Virus record (IMG/VR): IMGVR_UViG_3300033571_024374
Location: 62,001-123,972 of that record
Strand: one strand, 5' to 3'
Source of the DNA: an uncultured virus (IMG/VR IMGVR_UViG_3300033571_024374)
Lineage: Duplodnaviria > Heunggongvirae > Uroviricota > Caudoviricetes
Length of the DNA: 61,972 nt
Shown here: in pieces, positions 17,701-27,980 of the stretch
Layout: each line of letters starts with the position of its first letter
Position numbering within the stretch: the first letter of the stretch is position 1
Notes under the pieces: generated by a model
The model's database searches: none
What the model saw: only the letters and a program-made list of their open reading frames with translations
What the model was told of the DNA's origin: nothing
Program-made: the position numbers and the translations under genes

Positions 17701-19329
17701 TTATACTGCAGGTTCTTCTGTTGCCGCACCCGTATCTACAGGTTCATCTCCTGGTTGATCTCCTGCCTTCTTTTCCTTTTCCTTAATCATCGATCTGTTT
17801 TCTTGCAATTCTTCACGAGTTAAGTTCAAGAATGCTTCCATTGCAAAATCCAAATCGAAATAAGAATCGTCTTTTGTTCTAGGAATATTGAGCAATTCAT
17901 TGATTGCAGATATACGCTTTTGCATAACTTCAACCTTTCTTTGAACTTCAAAACTATTATCACGATTAAACTTTATACCTATACTTGATCTAAACAGGTG
18001 ATCCCCTTCAAATTCAGGATATTTCATAATTAATTGTAAAACCAAAGGCTTTAACATAACTTCTTGGAATCCAGAACGAAGTCTATTGATAAAGTTACCA
18101 AATCTTACCTCATCTCTTTGAATACCATCTGCACCCAAACTCATTGATGCTCCACCATCTGCAAATCGACTTAATGGTATTTTAGATGCTCTTCTAAGTT
18201 TTAATTCAAAATATTTTAAGAAATCAGGGTTTGATAAATCAACACCTTGACCACCAATAACCTCAACATTTGGAGAGTTTCCATCTTTCGAAGGGAACAT
18301 AAAGTGCTTGAAGAATGGGATAGAAGGTCTACCATTGATTGATAAAGTACCATCCGCATCGTTGAAAAATATTTCTTCTTTATAATTATTTAGAATTTCA
18401 GATAGCTCTTGCTTTGCCTTTTGTGGAGAATTACTACCGATAGGGATGGTCATCTTCAAACGAAACTGAGCATACATGATATGCCACATAACCTTTGAGT
18501 TCTCAATCAATCTCAAAAGATTTAAAGGACGTACAAGACGCTCAACGTAACTTACACGATCCATTTGTAAGTTTTGAGCATAAGCTATATAAATAACTGA
18601 AGAATCATAAATAATCCTTGAGGATTCATTTCCAATCTTTTGAATCCAAACTATGTATTCTTCCCCATCTTCACCAACAATAGTTGATAATTCTAAAGTA
18701 GCTGGATCTAATTTATTCAAAGCGATAACATCTTCGCCATCTTCATCCGTTACAATTTCGAATGCTAAGAATCCATCTATCAAATATTGTCTAAATAAAT
18801 TCCAAGCTTTAGTATTATTGTTAAATCCGAATTTCACATAAAGCTTACGGAATTCTTCATGTATAACATCAAGAATTTCTTCTTTTTTATCTTCACTAAG
18901 AAATGATTCTAAGCCCTTTGTATCTGGATAGCAGAACCAGTTTTTATCATCATATACAATTGCTTCATCAGCAATCGTATCCAATATCTCTACAACTTCA
19001 TCATTTAGTGAAAATGAACGCAAGAAATCTCTCTTACCTACATAATTTGAATCATAAATCGCAAGTGCCTTTAAACCTCCGATATCTTGCATAGCCATAG
19101 CAGCAAGTAATCTCTGATCCCATTGAGAAGAACCATAACCACCATAAACTGAATGTCCAAGTGCACCTGAGCCACCTGCGTTGGTTTCAGTTTCACCAGC
19201 ACCTTGCCTTCTTTGAATGATCAAATCATCATAATACATACCGAAAGAAGATAACTTTCTTACATTGTCAGCTGGACCTGATGTAAAGTTATATGTTCTC
19301 ATTCCATCTTTAGAAACAAAACCTGCCAT
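17701..19329 (-). CDS. Portal protein (T4 gp20-like)
   Basis: EILDTIADEAIV, FRQYLIDG, SYVERLVRPLNLLRLIE, YFELKLRRASKIPLSR, IQRDEVRFGNFINRLR are gp20-family motifs. Confidence 0.92.
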   Translation of the reverse strand: MAGFVSKDGMRTYNFTSGPADNVRKLSSFGMYYDDLIIQRRQGAGETETNAGGSGALGHSVYGGYGSSQWDQRLLAAMAMQDIGGLKALAIYDSNYVGKRDFLRSFSLNDEVVEILDTIADEAIVYDDKNWFCYPDTKGLESFLSEDKKEEILDVIHEEFRKLYVKFGFNNNTKAWNLFRQYLIDGFLAFEIVTDEDGEDVIALNKLDPATLELSTIVGEDGEEYIVWIQKIGNESSRIIYDSSVIYIAYAQNLQMDRVSYVERLVRPLNLLRLIENSKVMWHIMYAQFRLKMTIPIGSNSPQKAKQELSEILNNYKEEIFFNDADGTLSINGRPSIPFFKHFMFPSKDGNSPNVEVIGGQGVDLSNPDFLKYFELKLRRASKIPLSRFADGGASMSLGADGIQRDEVRFGNFINRLRSGFQEVMLKPLVLQLIMKYPEFEGDHLFRSSIGIKFNRDNSFEVQRKVEVMQKRISAINELLNIPRTKDDSYFDLDFAMEAFLNLTREELQENRSMIKEKEKKAGDQPGDEPVDTGAATEEPAV

Positions 19330-19347
19330 AATATTCTCTTATTATTA

Positions 19348-19959
19348 TCAATTTGATTGAATTTCGGAAACACTTTTTCCAACTATACCGAATGGTATTA
19401 AGAGGGGTATCCATTTCCAATCTTCATAATCTATCGGTATAACGGATCCACTTCTTAGTTTTGACCAAATGAAAGCATCTGATTTTTTACTTACATTTAA
19501 TCCCATACTACTTATATATCCTTTTAAAAAATCGGTCATTCCTTCTACAGAAAATTGTGATAAATCACCCTTTTCTATCCTTTTAGTATTCTCTTCGATA
19601 TATCTTCCAAAAAAACTTATAGCACCATCAATAAATATAGCTCTTTGAGTCGAATTAAAATAATTCATATTAATTCCAAATAGCATATTATCAACATTTT
19701 TATACTGAACAGTTTCAGTATGGAATACTATTGGGAATACATCAAAGTAACCTCTTTTAGGTAAATTTTTATTGTCATTTATTGCCATATAAATCTTACC
19801 AGAAGGTATCATACTCGGTATCATGTAAATCTTATCCTTTATAGGATGTTTCTGCATTAAATACTTCTGCCTGAACCATTCTTGAAGTTCTTCTCCTAGT
19901 ACTTTACTAGCTTCAGATAAACCGCCCTTTAATGTTTCTACTGCTTCTGCTTTAATCAT
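19348..19959 (-). CDS. DNA end-protector protein (T4 gp2-like)
   Basis: GKIYM..YFDVFPIVF..LFGINMNY..DWKWIPLL; next to gp4-like gene; ATG 19959 preferred over 20019. Confidence 0.6.
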   Translation of the reverse strand: MIKAEAVETLKGGLSEASKVLGEELQEWFRQKYLMQKHPIKDKIYMIPSMIPSGKIYMAINDNKNLPKRGYFDVFPIVFHTETVQYKNVDNMLFGINMNYFNSTQRAIFIDGAISFFGRYIEENTKRIEKGDLSQFSVEGMTDFLKGYISSMGLNVSKKSDAFIWSKLRSGSVIPIDYEDWKWIPLLIPFGIVGKSVSEIQSN

Positions 19960-20447
19960 TTGAATGGCCAGTTTTCTTCTGTTAATACAACATATTTCAT
20001 GTCTCTGTCCATAGCCCATTTTATAGCAGCTATCTGTTTTGCTTTATTGACAGTATACATTTTCGTTAATTCAGCATGTCGCATTAGTTTCTTATCAGTT
20101 ATTCGACCTTCTAAAACAGGTTCTCTCGATATTTGTGCACTTGGTTTTATTTCAACAATATATCTATGCCTTTTATTATCATTATCAATAACTTCAATGA
20201 AAAAATCTACATTATAAATATGTTCTTTGTGATCTATTGGACTGATGTATTTAATCTTCACTGGTTCAGAACCCCATCTAATAATTTGAGGAGTTAAATC
20301 GCACAATATCATAAATTTACGTTCCCAGGAAGAACGAAATATAACTACCCTCGGATCACCTGCATATTTTTCAGGATTATTAACTTTGTAATAACCTTGA
20401 ACAAATGGCCCACTGGAGTTAGGTTTTAATTTTTTTATGTCTTTCAT
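19956..20447 (-). CDS. Head-completion nuclease (T4 gp4-like, TnsA endonuclease fold)
   Basis: NPEKYAGD..FRSSWERKFM..CD..WGSE..Y.SPID..H.YNVDF..VEIKP..NKAK..A..LTE. Confidence 0.9.
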   Translation of the reverse strand: MKDIKKLKPNSSGPFVQGYYKVNNPEKYAGDPRVVIFRSSWERKFMILCDLTPQIIRWGSEPVKIKYISPIDHKEHIYNVDFFIEVIDNDNKRHRYIVEIKPSAQISREPVLEGRITDKKLMRHAELTKMYTVNKAKQIAAIKWAMDRDMKYVVLTEENWPFK

Positions 20448-20467
20448 GAACTAAATTATCTATTTAT

Positions 20468-20475
20468 GATATATA
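20468..20475 (+). promoter_or_regulatory. Putative late promoter GATATATA
   Basis: Plus orientation, upstream of the plus-strand gene at 20509. Confidence 0.7.
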
Positions 20476-20508
20476 TTCATATTTTATGTTACATTGCAAT
20501 TAAACGAT

Positions 20509-20883
20509 ATGTCTGATAAAAAATTCCTAAAACAAGCTAATAATGTATTAAAAGAAATACAAAAAGAGCTGATTAGCCCCGAAGAAGAAGAAGTCTTTAA
20601 GAAAGTAGCAGAAAGACTTAATGTTTCATATGAGACTGAAAAGGCAAACGAAGATAAGGAAAATAAAGAAATAAAACCAATTAAAAGGAATATTCTTTTA
20701 GATCCTGATACTTTGGTATTTGCAAATCAAGCCTTATTACTAAGAGCTATACTTTCAAATGATATGGCTAGAAAAGAAAATCTTTCAGAATTTGTTAAGA
20801 ATCTCATCAAAGAAGAGTGGAAAAGGCTTTTCGTTACATATGAAAATATGAGTAATGAGATAGAAAAAGAAAAAAACAAATAA
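20509..20883 (+). CDS. Hypothetical protein, possible ribbon-helix-helix DNA-binding C-terminal half
   Basis: KRNILLDPDT..helix..NLSEFVKNLIKEEW; ATG 20509 preferred over TTG 20494. Confidence 0.5.
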   Translation: MSDKKFLKQANNVLKEIQKELISPEEEEVFKKVAERLNVSYETEKANEDKENKEIKPIKRNILLDPDTLVFANQALLLRAILSNDMARKENLSEFVKNLIKEEWKRLFVTYENMSNEIEKEKNK

Positions 20884-20900
20884 TTGAAGTAAATAAAACT

Positions 20901-20908
20901 GATATATA
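20901..20908 (+). promoter_or_regulatory. Putative late promoter GATATATA
   Basis: About 25 nt upstream of start 20934. Confidence 0.7.
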
Positions 20909-20933
20909 AAGTAAGCTTAAAATATAATATATT

Positions 20934-21125
20934 ATGAAAACTTTTACACAAACAACAAATCAAATCAGAAAAAAACTATTTGAAATGGATAATGAAGCAG
21001 CTAGAGAAACATCTGCTAGAAATTATCTCCAAAAGTTATATGAATTCGATATCAAGTCTATTACTGAATTGAATGAAGATGAATTAAAAGATTTTATCAA
21101 AAGTTTAAGAGTTATAGAGGGCTAA
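20934..21125 (+). CDS. Small probable prohead-core/internal protein
   Basis: MKTFTQ..KLFE N-terminus recalls T4 IPI MKTFKEF; own GATATATA. Confidence 0.55.
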   Translation: MKTFTQTTNQIRKKLFEMDNEAARETSARNYLQKLYEFDIKSITELNEDELKDFIKSLRVIEG

Positions 21126-21126
21126 T

Positions 21127-21453
21127 ATGCTAAAAATACTTAGGTCTTTATTTAATAAGCCAAAGCCTAAGAAAATAATAGAAGTAATTGAGCCTGAAGA
21201 ATCTCTGAAAAGAGAAACTCATTATTTTAATAGCTCAACTGAGAATGTATATTGTTCTATTATTGGTTATGAGAAATCTTCAGAAGGTCTAGGATTCCAA
21301 AGCATTAAAATAGCCTGGAGAAACCCAAGAAGAATAAAAGTTGGAGATTTATTAATAATACATTCAAAAGATTTACAAAAAACTTTACGATTGACAAAAG
21401 TTTTAAATGAAAATGGGGATGTCAAATTAGGAATCGCAAGTATGCTTAAATAA
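21127..21453 (+). CDS. Hypothetical protein
   Basis: 108-aa ORF coupled to the upstream stop. Confidence 0.65.
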   Translation: MLKILRSLFNKPKPKKIIEVIEPEESLKRETHYFNSSTENVYCSIIGYEKSSEGLGFQSIKIAWRNPRRIKVGDLLIIHSKDLQKTLRLTKVLNENGDVKLGIASMLK

Positions 21454-21479
21454 AAAGCCCATCTAAGATGGGCTTTTTT
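21452..21479. terminator. Bidirectional terminator between convergent genes
   Basis: AAAAAGCCCATC-TAA-GATGGGCTTTTTT. Confidence 0.9.
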
Positions 21480-21500
21480 CATATAATATTTTTCCTAGGT

Positions 21501-22247
21501 TTAAGCTATAGTCGCACCTAAGACATTTGTAATAATCCATGTTGTCCCAGTCCAACGGAATTGAGCAGATTGATAATCAAATGGAGAATCACTGAATTGT
21601 ATAGTTTCAGTCGACAATTGAGTCATATTTACATTATCAATAAATACTCCTGTAACTGTACCTGCCTTAACAATAATCTCAAGCGTTTGACCAGTTGTAT
21701 TACCAACTGGCAATTCTACTGAAATAATATCTTTAGTGGTACCATTCCAAGTTGTAAAATCCAAAAGAATTGAATGCACACCTGTAACTGCTAAAGTTGC
21801 TTGTGTACCATTTACGGTAGCATAAGATGCTGGATCAGCAGCCTCAATAAATGAATTTCCAAAGTCTTTATGAACAATCTCACCATCTAGCACCAACTTA
21901 CCACTAATATCAAGTTTATTAGAAGCATTGGTTAACATTACATCTCCACCAGTTACGGTGATTCCTGTCGATGCTGTAATAGAAGTAGAAGTCAAACCGC
22001 TAGTTCCATTTACAGAAAGATTACCACCAAATACTCCAGATGCTTCACAAGTGAGGAGCGTTGTAGCAATTGGATTAGATCCCCTTTCAACATAAGTAGA
22101 TGTTACATTAAGGGCACCTGTAGAAGAATTTAAATAACTATCTAAAGCATCGATTGATGTCTTTACTGCTGTAAAGTTATTATTTATAATTATTCTTGAA
22201 GCCGAAAACGAGTTCGTAGCTAAAATTGTTTGTAATGTGATAGCCAT
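21501..22247 (-). CDS. Virion structural protein (fibre/baseplate appendage-like)
   Basis: Thr/Ser/Gly-rich beta-type sequence; SRIIINNNFTAV N-terminus; RWTGTTWII C-terminus; late motif upstream. Confidence 0.55.
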   Translation of the reverse strand: MAITLQTILATNSFSASRIIINNNFTAVKTSIDALDSYLNSSTGALNVTSTYVERGSNPIATTLLTCEASGVFGGNLSVNGTSGLTSTSITASTGITVTGGDVMLTNASNKLDISGKLVLDGEIVHKDFGNSFIEAADPASYATVNGTQATLAVTGVHSILLDFTTWNGTTKDIISVELPVGNTTGQTLEIIVKAGTVTGVFIDNVNMTQLSTETIQFSDSPFDYQSAQFRWTGTTWIITNVLGATIA

Positions 22248-22274
22248 ATTTTTATTGGATTTTTATATTTATAC

Positions 22275-22282
22275 TATATATC
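22275..22282 (-). promoter_or_regulatory. Putative late promoter GATATATA
   Basis: 28 nt upstream of start 22247. Confidence 0.7.
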
Positions 22283-22304
22283 TATTCTGAAAATAAATTA
22301 TTTT

Positions 22305-22964
22305 TTATTGTTGAGTAATGAAATAGCTATATCCTGAGTTTAGGTCTATATTTGAGCATTCTTCATAAAACCACTCGATACTCATACTCGAAGAATTAAT
22401 TGCTGCCCAACTTCTTTTTTCAACTAAAATACATTCATATGTATTATTTGTGATTATTTGAATAGGTAAAAACTTGTATTGAACATAAGGATCACTCTCA
22501 TTATAGATGAAAATCTCTTCGTTCAGTTTTATATTCATAGTTTCAGTAAATGTAAAATTATATGTAGATTCTTCATCAGTTCTAGTAATACTTACCTTAC
22601 TATGCGGTTTTTTATCATCAGATGCCCTTTTATGAGAATCTTGATTTGTAGCAGTATCTTCAAGTAAACACTTTAAAAGAACAAGGTAAATAATAGCATC
22701 GTGGATCCTTTCTTCAATTGGTTCAGATGTAGTAGAAGGCATATTTGGATTTTTACCAATAGCATTCATAATAGACATCGCCTGTTTTCCGAAATATACA
22801 CCCCATTTTTGGAATGGAGTGAGACCTAATGCCTCTGCGTCCTGACTTTTGAAATTTGAAAGAGCGTCCGAATCTGATGCGTAATCTTTAGCCTTACCGA
22901 TTTGTAAGTTATAGCATGAATCAAAAAGTTCTTTAAATACCTCTGTCTTTCTTTCATGTGTCAT
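22305..22964 (-). CDS. DUF1599-like / all-alpha NTP-pyrophosphatase-like nucleotide-modification-associated protein
   Basis: KAKDYA..DALSNFK..K..EPIEERIHDAIIYLVLL; ATG 22964 preferred. Confidence 0.55.
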   Translation of the reverse strand: MTHERKTEVFKELFDSCYNLQIGKAKDYASDSDALSNFKSQDAEALGLTPFQKWGVYFGKQAMSIMNAIGKNPNMPSTTSEPIEERIHDAIIYLVLLKCLLEDTATNQDSHKRASDDKKPHSKVSITRTDEESTYNFTFTETMNIKLNEEIFIYNESDPYVQYKFLPIQIITNNTYECILVEKRSWAAINSSSMSIEWFYEECSNIDLNSGYSYFITQQ

Positions 22965-23002
22965 GTCTGTAATCTCGAAAAGTAAATAATTAAATGATAG
23001 TC

Positions 23003-23305
23003 TTAATTGAAATCTCGCCATTTTTTAGAGATGGCAAAGTTATTATGTTTTTTTATGTTTTTAACTGAATCTATAATATAATTAACCAAAATTTCCATCA
23101 TACCAATAAGAGCAGCTCTTTTAGGTTCATCTAAAAATGTAGCACTTATTGATTTTGTAAATACATTATTTCTATAATCAAATCCTGTATCCTTAATTTC
23201 ATTTTTTCTGGACAACGCATAATCTTTAAAGGATGGTCTTAAATCACCATCAGTAGTTTTAATATACTTTTCCCAGAATTCGCCATTACTAATTTCGTCT
23301 TTCAT
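23003..23305 (-). CDS. Hypothetical protein
   Basis: 100-aa ORF in operon. Confidence 0.65.
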   Translation of the reverse strand: MKDEISNGEFWEKYIKTTDGDLRPSFKDYALSRKNEIKDTGFDYRNNVFTKSISATFLDEPKRAALIGMMEILVNYIIDSVKNIKKHNNFAISKKWRDFN

Positions 23306-23327
23306 GAATACATGATTTAATTTAAAC

Positions 23328-23708
23328 TTATATATCAGAATCTACATCTTGATCATTTGATGTATCTTCAGATTCAGCAGATTCATCCGTAATTTCTATT
23401 TCAATAGGAGGTATAGTTCCTATCACATTTTTACAAATAAATTCGTATAATTCTTGAGGTATTGTACCTTCAGCTAATGCCTTAGGTTGACCATTTTCAT
23501 CAATATTGTCCGAACCTAAAAGTTTTTCAAGTTCTTCTCGATAATTTTCAGAGATTTGGAATAAAATAGTCCTCATAGCAGTTTGCTTGAGCATGAATTC
23601 AATTTGCTCTGGTAATATACCATCTTCAATATTAATTGATGCTAGTTGCTCATCATCTAATTGCATAATAACATTTGAAGGTAAATCTTTAGGTATTTCG
23701 TTTTCCAT
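23328..23708 (-). CDS. Acidic hypothetical protein
   Basis: 126-aa ORF in operon. Confidence 0.65.
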   Translation of the reverse strand: MENEIPKDLPSNVIMQLDDEQLASINIEDGILPEQIEFMLKQTAMRTILFQISENYREELEKLLGSDNIDENGQPKALAEGTIPQELYEFICKNVIGTIPPIEIEITDESAESEDTSNDQDVDSDI

Positions 23709-23719
23709 ACTAATTATAA

Positions 23720-24580
23720 TTAAGTTTGTAAAAATCGTATATAGAAGAATTCTGGTTTTTTTCCAACCTTTTGTATAGAGTATTCTTTCGATAAAAGAAA
23801 ATTAATAGTTTCTTCCTTTGTGTCTTCAACTATATCTAATATAAGGTTTTTATAGATCATAACAATACCTGGTGTTAAATCATCTATAGTCTGCGAAGAC
23901 GCTATAAGGCATAATGGATCTATAGATTCTAAATATTCAGGTATTTCTTGATATGGTATTAACTTGTGATTTATCTTTAGATTAGATTCATTTTTATACT
24001 CTTTTAGTTTTTCAGATAAAAATTTAGATAGTATAACATGTTTCAAACCTATATTATTAAGTTCTTTTAACACTATATCGGAATATTCAAGTTTTCTTAT
24101 TATAGAATCAGATGTAGTATCTTTAGAAATTGTAAAGGCTCCTATTGATTCTTTAAATTGTCCATAAATACTAGTCGTAGTTCTACCTAATTCGGACATC
24201 ATAAATAATATCATCTTGTCAATAGATTCAATAACCTTATCTTCAAGAATAACCTTTACCTTATGTATAACATCTTCAATATTATTATCCTTTATCAAAT
24301 CTTTCTTAATAGAAAGCGACTCACTGAGTATCTTATCTACTTTTATTACCGTATAGAGTTCTTCCTTTTTAAAATTAATATGGTTCTTAAATTTATAAGG
24401 AATTATATCTTTAGTATGAATCCTCGCAGTATCTAAATTTTCTAAATCATATTGAGCAATGTTTTTGAAATTGCTTATTAACGACTTAAATCTATAAGAT
24501 TTTTCCAAAGAGTCATTTTCGGAAAATAATTTATTATACACAGATTTGATAATATCTATCATTCCGCTAGTGGATCCCAT
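23720..24580 (-). CDS. Hypothetical protein
   Basis: 286-aa ORF; start may be the downstream ATG (MIDIIK). Confidence 0.65.
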   Translation of the reverse strand: MGSTSGMIDIIKSVYNKLFSENDSLEKSYRFKSLISNFKNIAQYDLENLDTARIHTKDIIPYKFKNHINFKKEELYTVIKVDKILSESLSIKKDLIKDNNIEDVIHKVKVILEDKVIESIDKMILFMMSELGRTTTSIYGQFKESIGAFTISKDTTSDSIIRKLEYSDIVLKELNNIGLKHVILSKFLSEKLKEYKNESNLKINHKLIPYQEIPEYLESIDPLCLIASSQTIDDLTPGIVMIYKNLILDIVEDTKEETINFLLSKEYSIQKVGKKPEFFYIRFLQT

Positions 24581-25797
24581 GTATAATTAACAAAATTCTC
24601 AACATCTGGTTTAGGAGTCCAAAGTGATGCTGACCAACCTAATTCATCAGACCAAACATCATCGTGAACACCCAATTCTACAAATCTATCGTGGATTTGT
24701 CTATCGTAGCGTTCTCTGATAAATCTAACTAATCTTTGAATTTCTTGTCTTCTATAGTTTTGAGTATTATCTCCTCCAGCATTCATCCACTGGATATATC
24801 CTAACTGTGCGATTCTTACAAATTTAGTCTTTAAGAATGTTCTTATGATTATCTCATAATCATCACAAACACCCAATAAAGCACTGTGGCCATTGATATC
24901 TCTATAGATGTCGGTTCTCCATGCTCTGATGTGATTAGGAACGCCTACGATGTGTCTAATAGTCCTTGGATTGATATTACAACTAATGTGGGTCAAATAT
25001 GATCTATCTCTATACCAATCTACTTTGTATTTACCATATCCCATCGCAAAACCATCACCATACACTACACATTTACCATCTTCTTCATATACTTCTGTGC
25101 AATCGGTATAATAGAAACCTGCGTCTGGGAATTGTAAATAAGCTTTACTAATCCAGCTCAAAGCATTTTCAGTCAATTCATCATCATGGTCTAGCTCAAG
25201 AACAATTTGTCCTTGACAAAGGTTTGCAGCGTAGTATTTTGTTTCTCCTACTCTACCACTATTTCTACGGCCTCTGAAAATTTTGATACGATGATCAGAC
25301 TTGGATAATTCAACTAGCATGTTCCAGGTTTCGTTATTATCATCAGAATCATCGAAAATAACCCACTCCCAGTTGTTATAACTGCTATTTTTAAGAGAAT
25401 TGTATGGACGCATTAATTTATCACCTGTTCTATACACAGGTGTAAAAATGCTAATAAGGGGGACTTTATCAACTCTATCTACCGCAGCATTTATAAATAC
25501 CCTATATGCCGATTCACCTATATCTACAGGGTTTGCATCCTCTGGGTATGATATCCACTTCCTTCGGTCTTCAAAAGGCAAATTTAACAGATTGACCCAT
25601 TGGTCATCATTACCAATAGATATTATTACTTGAGGTCTAATTTCTGATAAAATTTCATAAATATTATCATCTGTGGTATATCTGCGAATATCAAATTCAA
25701 GTGGCTCCCAAGCACCTACATCTCTTGTTTGTATCGGAAGCGTATCGCCATTTTTTTGAAAAAGGGCTAAAACAGGTAATCCTCTTTTCGAATCCAT
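24559..25797 (-). CDS. Glycosyltransferase family 2
   Basis: LISIFTPVYR, NWEWVIFDDS, LELDHDDEL (DxD), CDDYEIIIR. Confidence 0.88.
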   Translation of the reverse strand: MDSKRGLPVLALFQKNGDTLPIQTRDVGAWEPLEFDIRRYTTDDNIYEILSEIRPQVIISIGNDDQWVNLLNLPFEDRRKWISYPEDANPVDIGESAYRVFINAAVDRVDKVPLISIFTPVYRTGDKLMRPYNSLKNSSYNNWEWVIFDDSDDNNETWNMLVELSKSDHRIKIFRGRRNSGRVGETKYYAANLCQGQIVLELDHDDELTENALSWISKAYLQFPDAGFYYTDCTEVYEEDGKCVVYGDGFAMGYGKYKVDWYRDRSYLTHISCNINPRTIRHIVGVPNHIRAWRTDIYRDINGHSALLGVCDDYEIIIRTFLKTKFVRIAQLGYIQWMNAGGDNTQNYRRQEIQRLVRFIRERYDRQIHDRFVELGVHDDVWSDELGWSASLWTPKPDVENFVNYTWDPLAE

Positions 25798-25854
25798 AAT
25801 ATAAGAATAGATATAAAAAACAATTTATTATTATACAATATACTAAAATTTTGT

Positions 25855-27342
25855 TTAGAAAATATCCTCAGACTGAGGAACACCCCATTCTCTTCTAGTT
25901 AATTTATATTTTGCTGTGATTCTACCTATAGTTACATCATAAACTATTTTAAATCCCTCAACTACAAAAAAACCACTTAAGAATCTATCAACCGTTGGAT
26001 ATAAACTCAATAAAGGTAGATTTGTGTTTTGCTTATTAGCATCTATCTCATCTTTACTCATATAAACTGAAGAGTCTTGAAAATTGTCGGTAATAAAAAT
26101 TATTATAGGTATTCTTTCCATTTTTATAACAGCAGGATTCCATCCCCATAAATCTATATCAATATACATCTTTTCTAACTCTTTATTATTGGTAAAATTC
26201 TGATGAAATGCTAAAGCGTATTTTTGATGTACATTTCCATTCGGTAAAGAATATTGTATACCATTCCAAATATTTTTAAGATGTTCCTTTTCTATTGTTT
26301 CATCCTTTAATCCACGTAATCGTATTTTAGTATCTTCTGTACCTGGAGTAGAAAGGGGATTAAATTCTATCATATTTTCTTCAGATATAGTCTTTAATGT
26401 ATGGTCATAAAAATACATTTTTTTACCATATCCTTGAGAATAAGAGATAGCAGAAGAATTATTTACTAGTTCATAATTTGTTATCTTAAAATTAGAATTC
26501 GTACCGTATTCTAGATTTGAAAGGATTAAGTCTTGTTTTTTATTCGGTTGATCAGCATCATCTATCGTTAAATTGGGATCTGCGACATCAAAAACATTTC
26601 TTTGAAAGATTGCAAGTGCCTCATCAAATTTTTTAGTTTGATCAAATTGTTTCTCTACTTCAATAAAATTTACATTATAATAAACATCTATGAATGAACG
26701 ATAAAATGTGTTTTCATTTCTCCAAGAGTGATCCGTTATATGTAATATGAAATCTTTATAAGATTTCCAATCACATATCCATACCATTTCATCGTCCGTA
26801 GGATCTTCTATATTCGTTGCAAATCCTAATTGTAACTCACTAGCAACTTTTTTTATTACATCAATTGATGTACCCTTAAAGGCTTTATTCTGTTCAACCC
26901 ATATTTTTTTTATATTTAAAATACCTGTAATATAAAATATTGTAGACGGTTCCAAATCATTTAAATATGTTGTCTCAACGTGTGTAATCAAATAATCATT
27001 TCTTATAGGCTTATAAACATCATTATAACTCCTCAAATAAACTGATGCTATATCACCATCCTTTGGTAGTTTTTGTGCTATAAACTCATTATTTGAAACT
27101 ATAAGTTTCATATGTAGAATAGGTAAAAAATTAGAGCAATCAATTTCAAATGATGTAAGTTCTACTCTTTTAATTCTATACTCATTGATCAAAATATATG
27201 GGAAATCAAATCCCATAACCTTACTACTTTTATATCCCGTGGCAAATGTAAGAGATAGTGCATCATCCTGTTCGGTATCCATATCTGCTAACACTATAGT
27301 AGCATTAGATACTGTTCTTATTTTGGTTTTTTCAAAAGCCAT
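25855..27342 (-). CDS. Probable baseplate hub/tail protein (gp27-like position)
   Basis: 495 aa directly after the gp53-like gene; LSGFFVVEGFKIVYD..LTRREW C-terminus typical of hub proteins. Confidence 0.5.
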   Translation of the reverse strand: MAFEKTKIRTVSNATIVLADMDTEQDDALSLTFATGYKSSKVMGFDFPYILINEYRIKRVELTSFEIDCSNFLPILHMKLIVSNNEFIAQKLPKDGDIASVYLRSYNDVYKPIRNDYLITHVETTYLNDLEPSTIFYITGILNIKKIWVEQNKAFKGTSIDVIKKVASELQLGFATNIEDPTDDEMVWICDWKSYKDFILHITDHSWRNENTFYRSFIDVYYNVNFIEVEKQFDQTKKFDEALAIFQRNVFDVADPNLTIDDADQPNKKQDLILSNLEYGTNSNFKITNYELVNNSSAISYSQGYGKKMYFYDHTLKTISEENMIEFNPLSTPGTEDTKIRLRGLKDETIEKEHLKNIWNGIQYSLPNGNVHQKYALAFHQNFTNNKELEKMYIDIDLWGWNPAVIKMERIPIIIFITDNFQDSSVYMSKDEIDANKQNTNLPLLSLYPTVDRFLSGFFVVEGFKIVYDVTIGRITAKYKLTRREWGVPQSEDIF

Positions 27343-27962
27343 TATTGAGGACTATTCAGTTTATTTTTTAAAACTTGACTAATTAATTCAGCTTTACTTA
27401 TAGGCTCCGTAGAACATTCTGAAGCATTTCGTCCTACTCCAGGTGCAAATCTTACTTTATTGTTAATAACCTCAACCTCGCCATCCCCAAATTCATTAAA
27501 GTTAGGGGGTAAGTTGTTAGGTGAAGGTGCTGGTGTATCTGCTCCAAGTTCTCGAAGCTTTTTAAATCTATTCGTTAGTTTTTGAATATTTTTATCTGGT
27601 GTAGCAGCTTTATCAGGATTTACATAATTATTACGAATATCTTCATCAGTATCAATTAACTTATCAGCAGGATTTATATTAAGAGAATTACCAGAACTTC
27701 TTAATAAGATAATATCGTCAGTATTCAAAGTAAATGGGTTTGAAATATAATTTGTTTTGAGCATTTCTGTAAAGTCCATAGAATTATCAATACCCATCAT
27801 TAATAAATCTGGACGCATAATCATAGAATTATCCACATAATATCTTTTATCAAAAGTTTCATTCCCAAATGAACTTAACGATTTTGATGTTAAATCAATC
27901 TTAGTTTCATCATTTTCAGTAATTTCTAATTTATTTTCTAATGCATCTAATTTTATACTCAT
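27342..27962 (-). CDS. Baseplate wedge protein (T4 gp53/LysM-like)
   Basis: YYV..MRPDLL..LKTNYISNPFTLNTDDIILL. Confidence 0.65.
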   Translation of the reverse strand: MSIKLDALENKLEITENDETKIDLTSKSLSSFGNETFDKRYYVDNSMIMRPDLLMMGIDNSMDFTEMLKTNYISNPFTLNTDDIILLRSSGNSLNINPADKLIDTDEDIRNNYVNPDKAATPDKNIQKLTNRFKKLRELGADTPAPSPNNLPPNFNEFGDGEVEVINNKVRFAPGVGRNASECSTEPISKAELISQVLKNKLNSPQ

Positions 27963-27980
27963 ATCTATATTAATATTTTA

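Noticed and set aside
19956..20447. TnsA transposase / Tn7-like element
   Set aside because: Context next to gp2-like and portal genes fits T4 gp4; no other tns genes or terminal repeats
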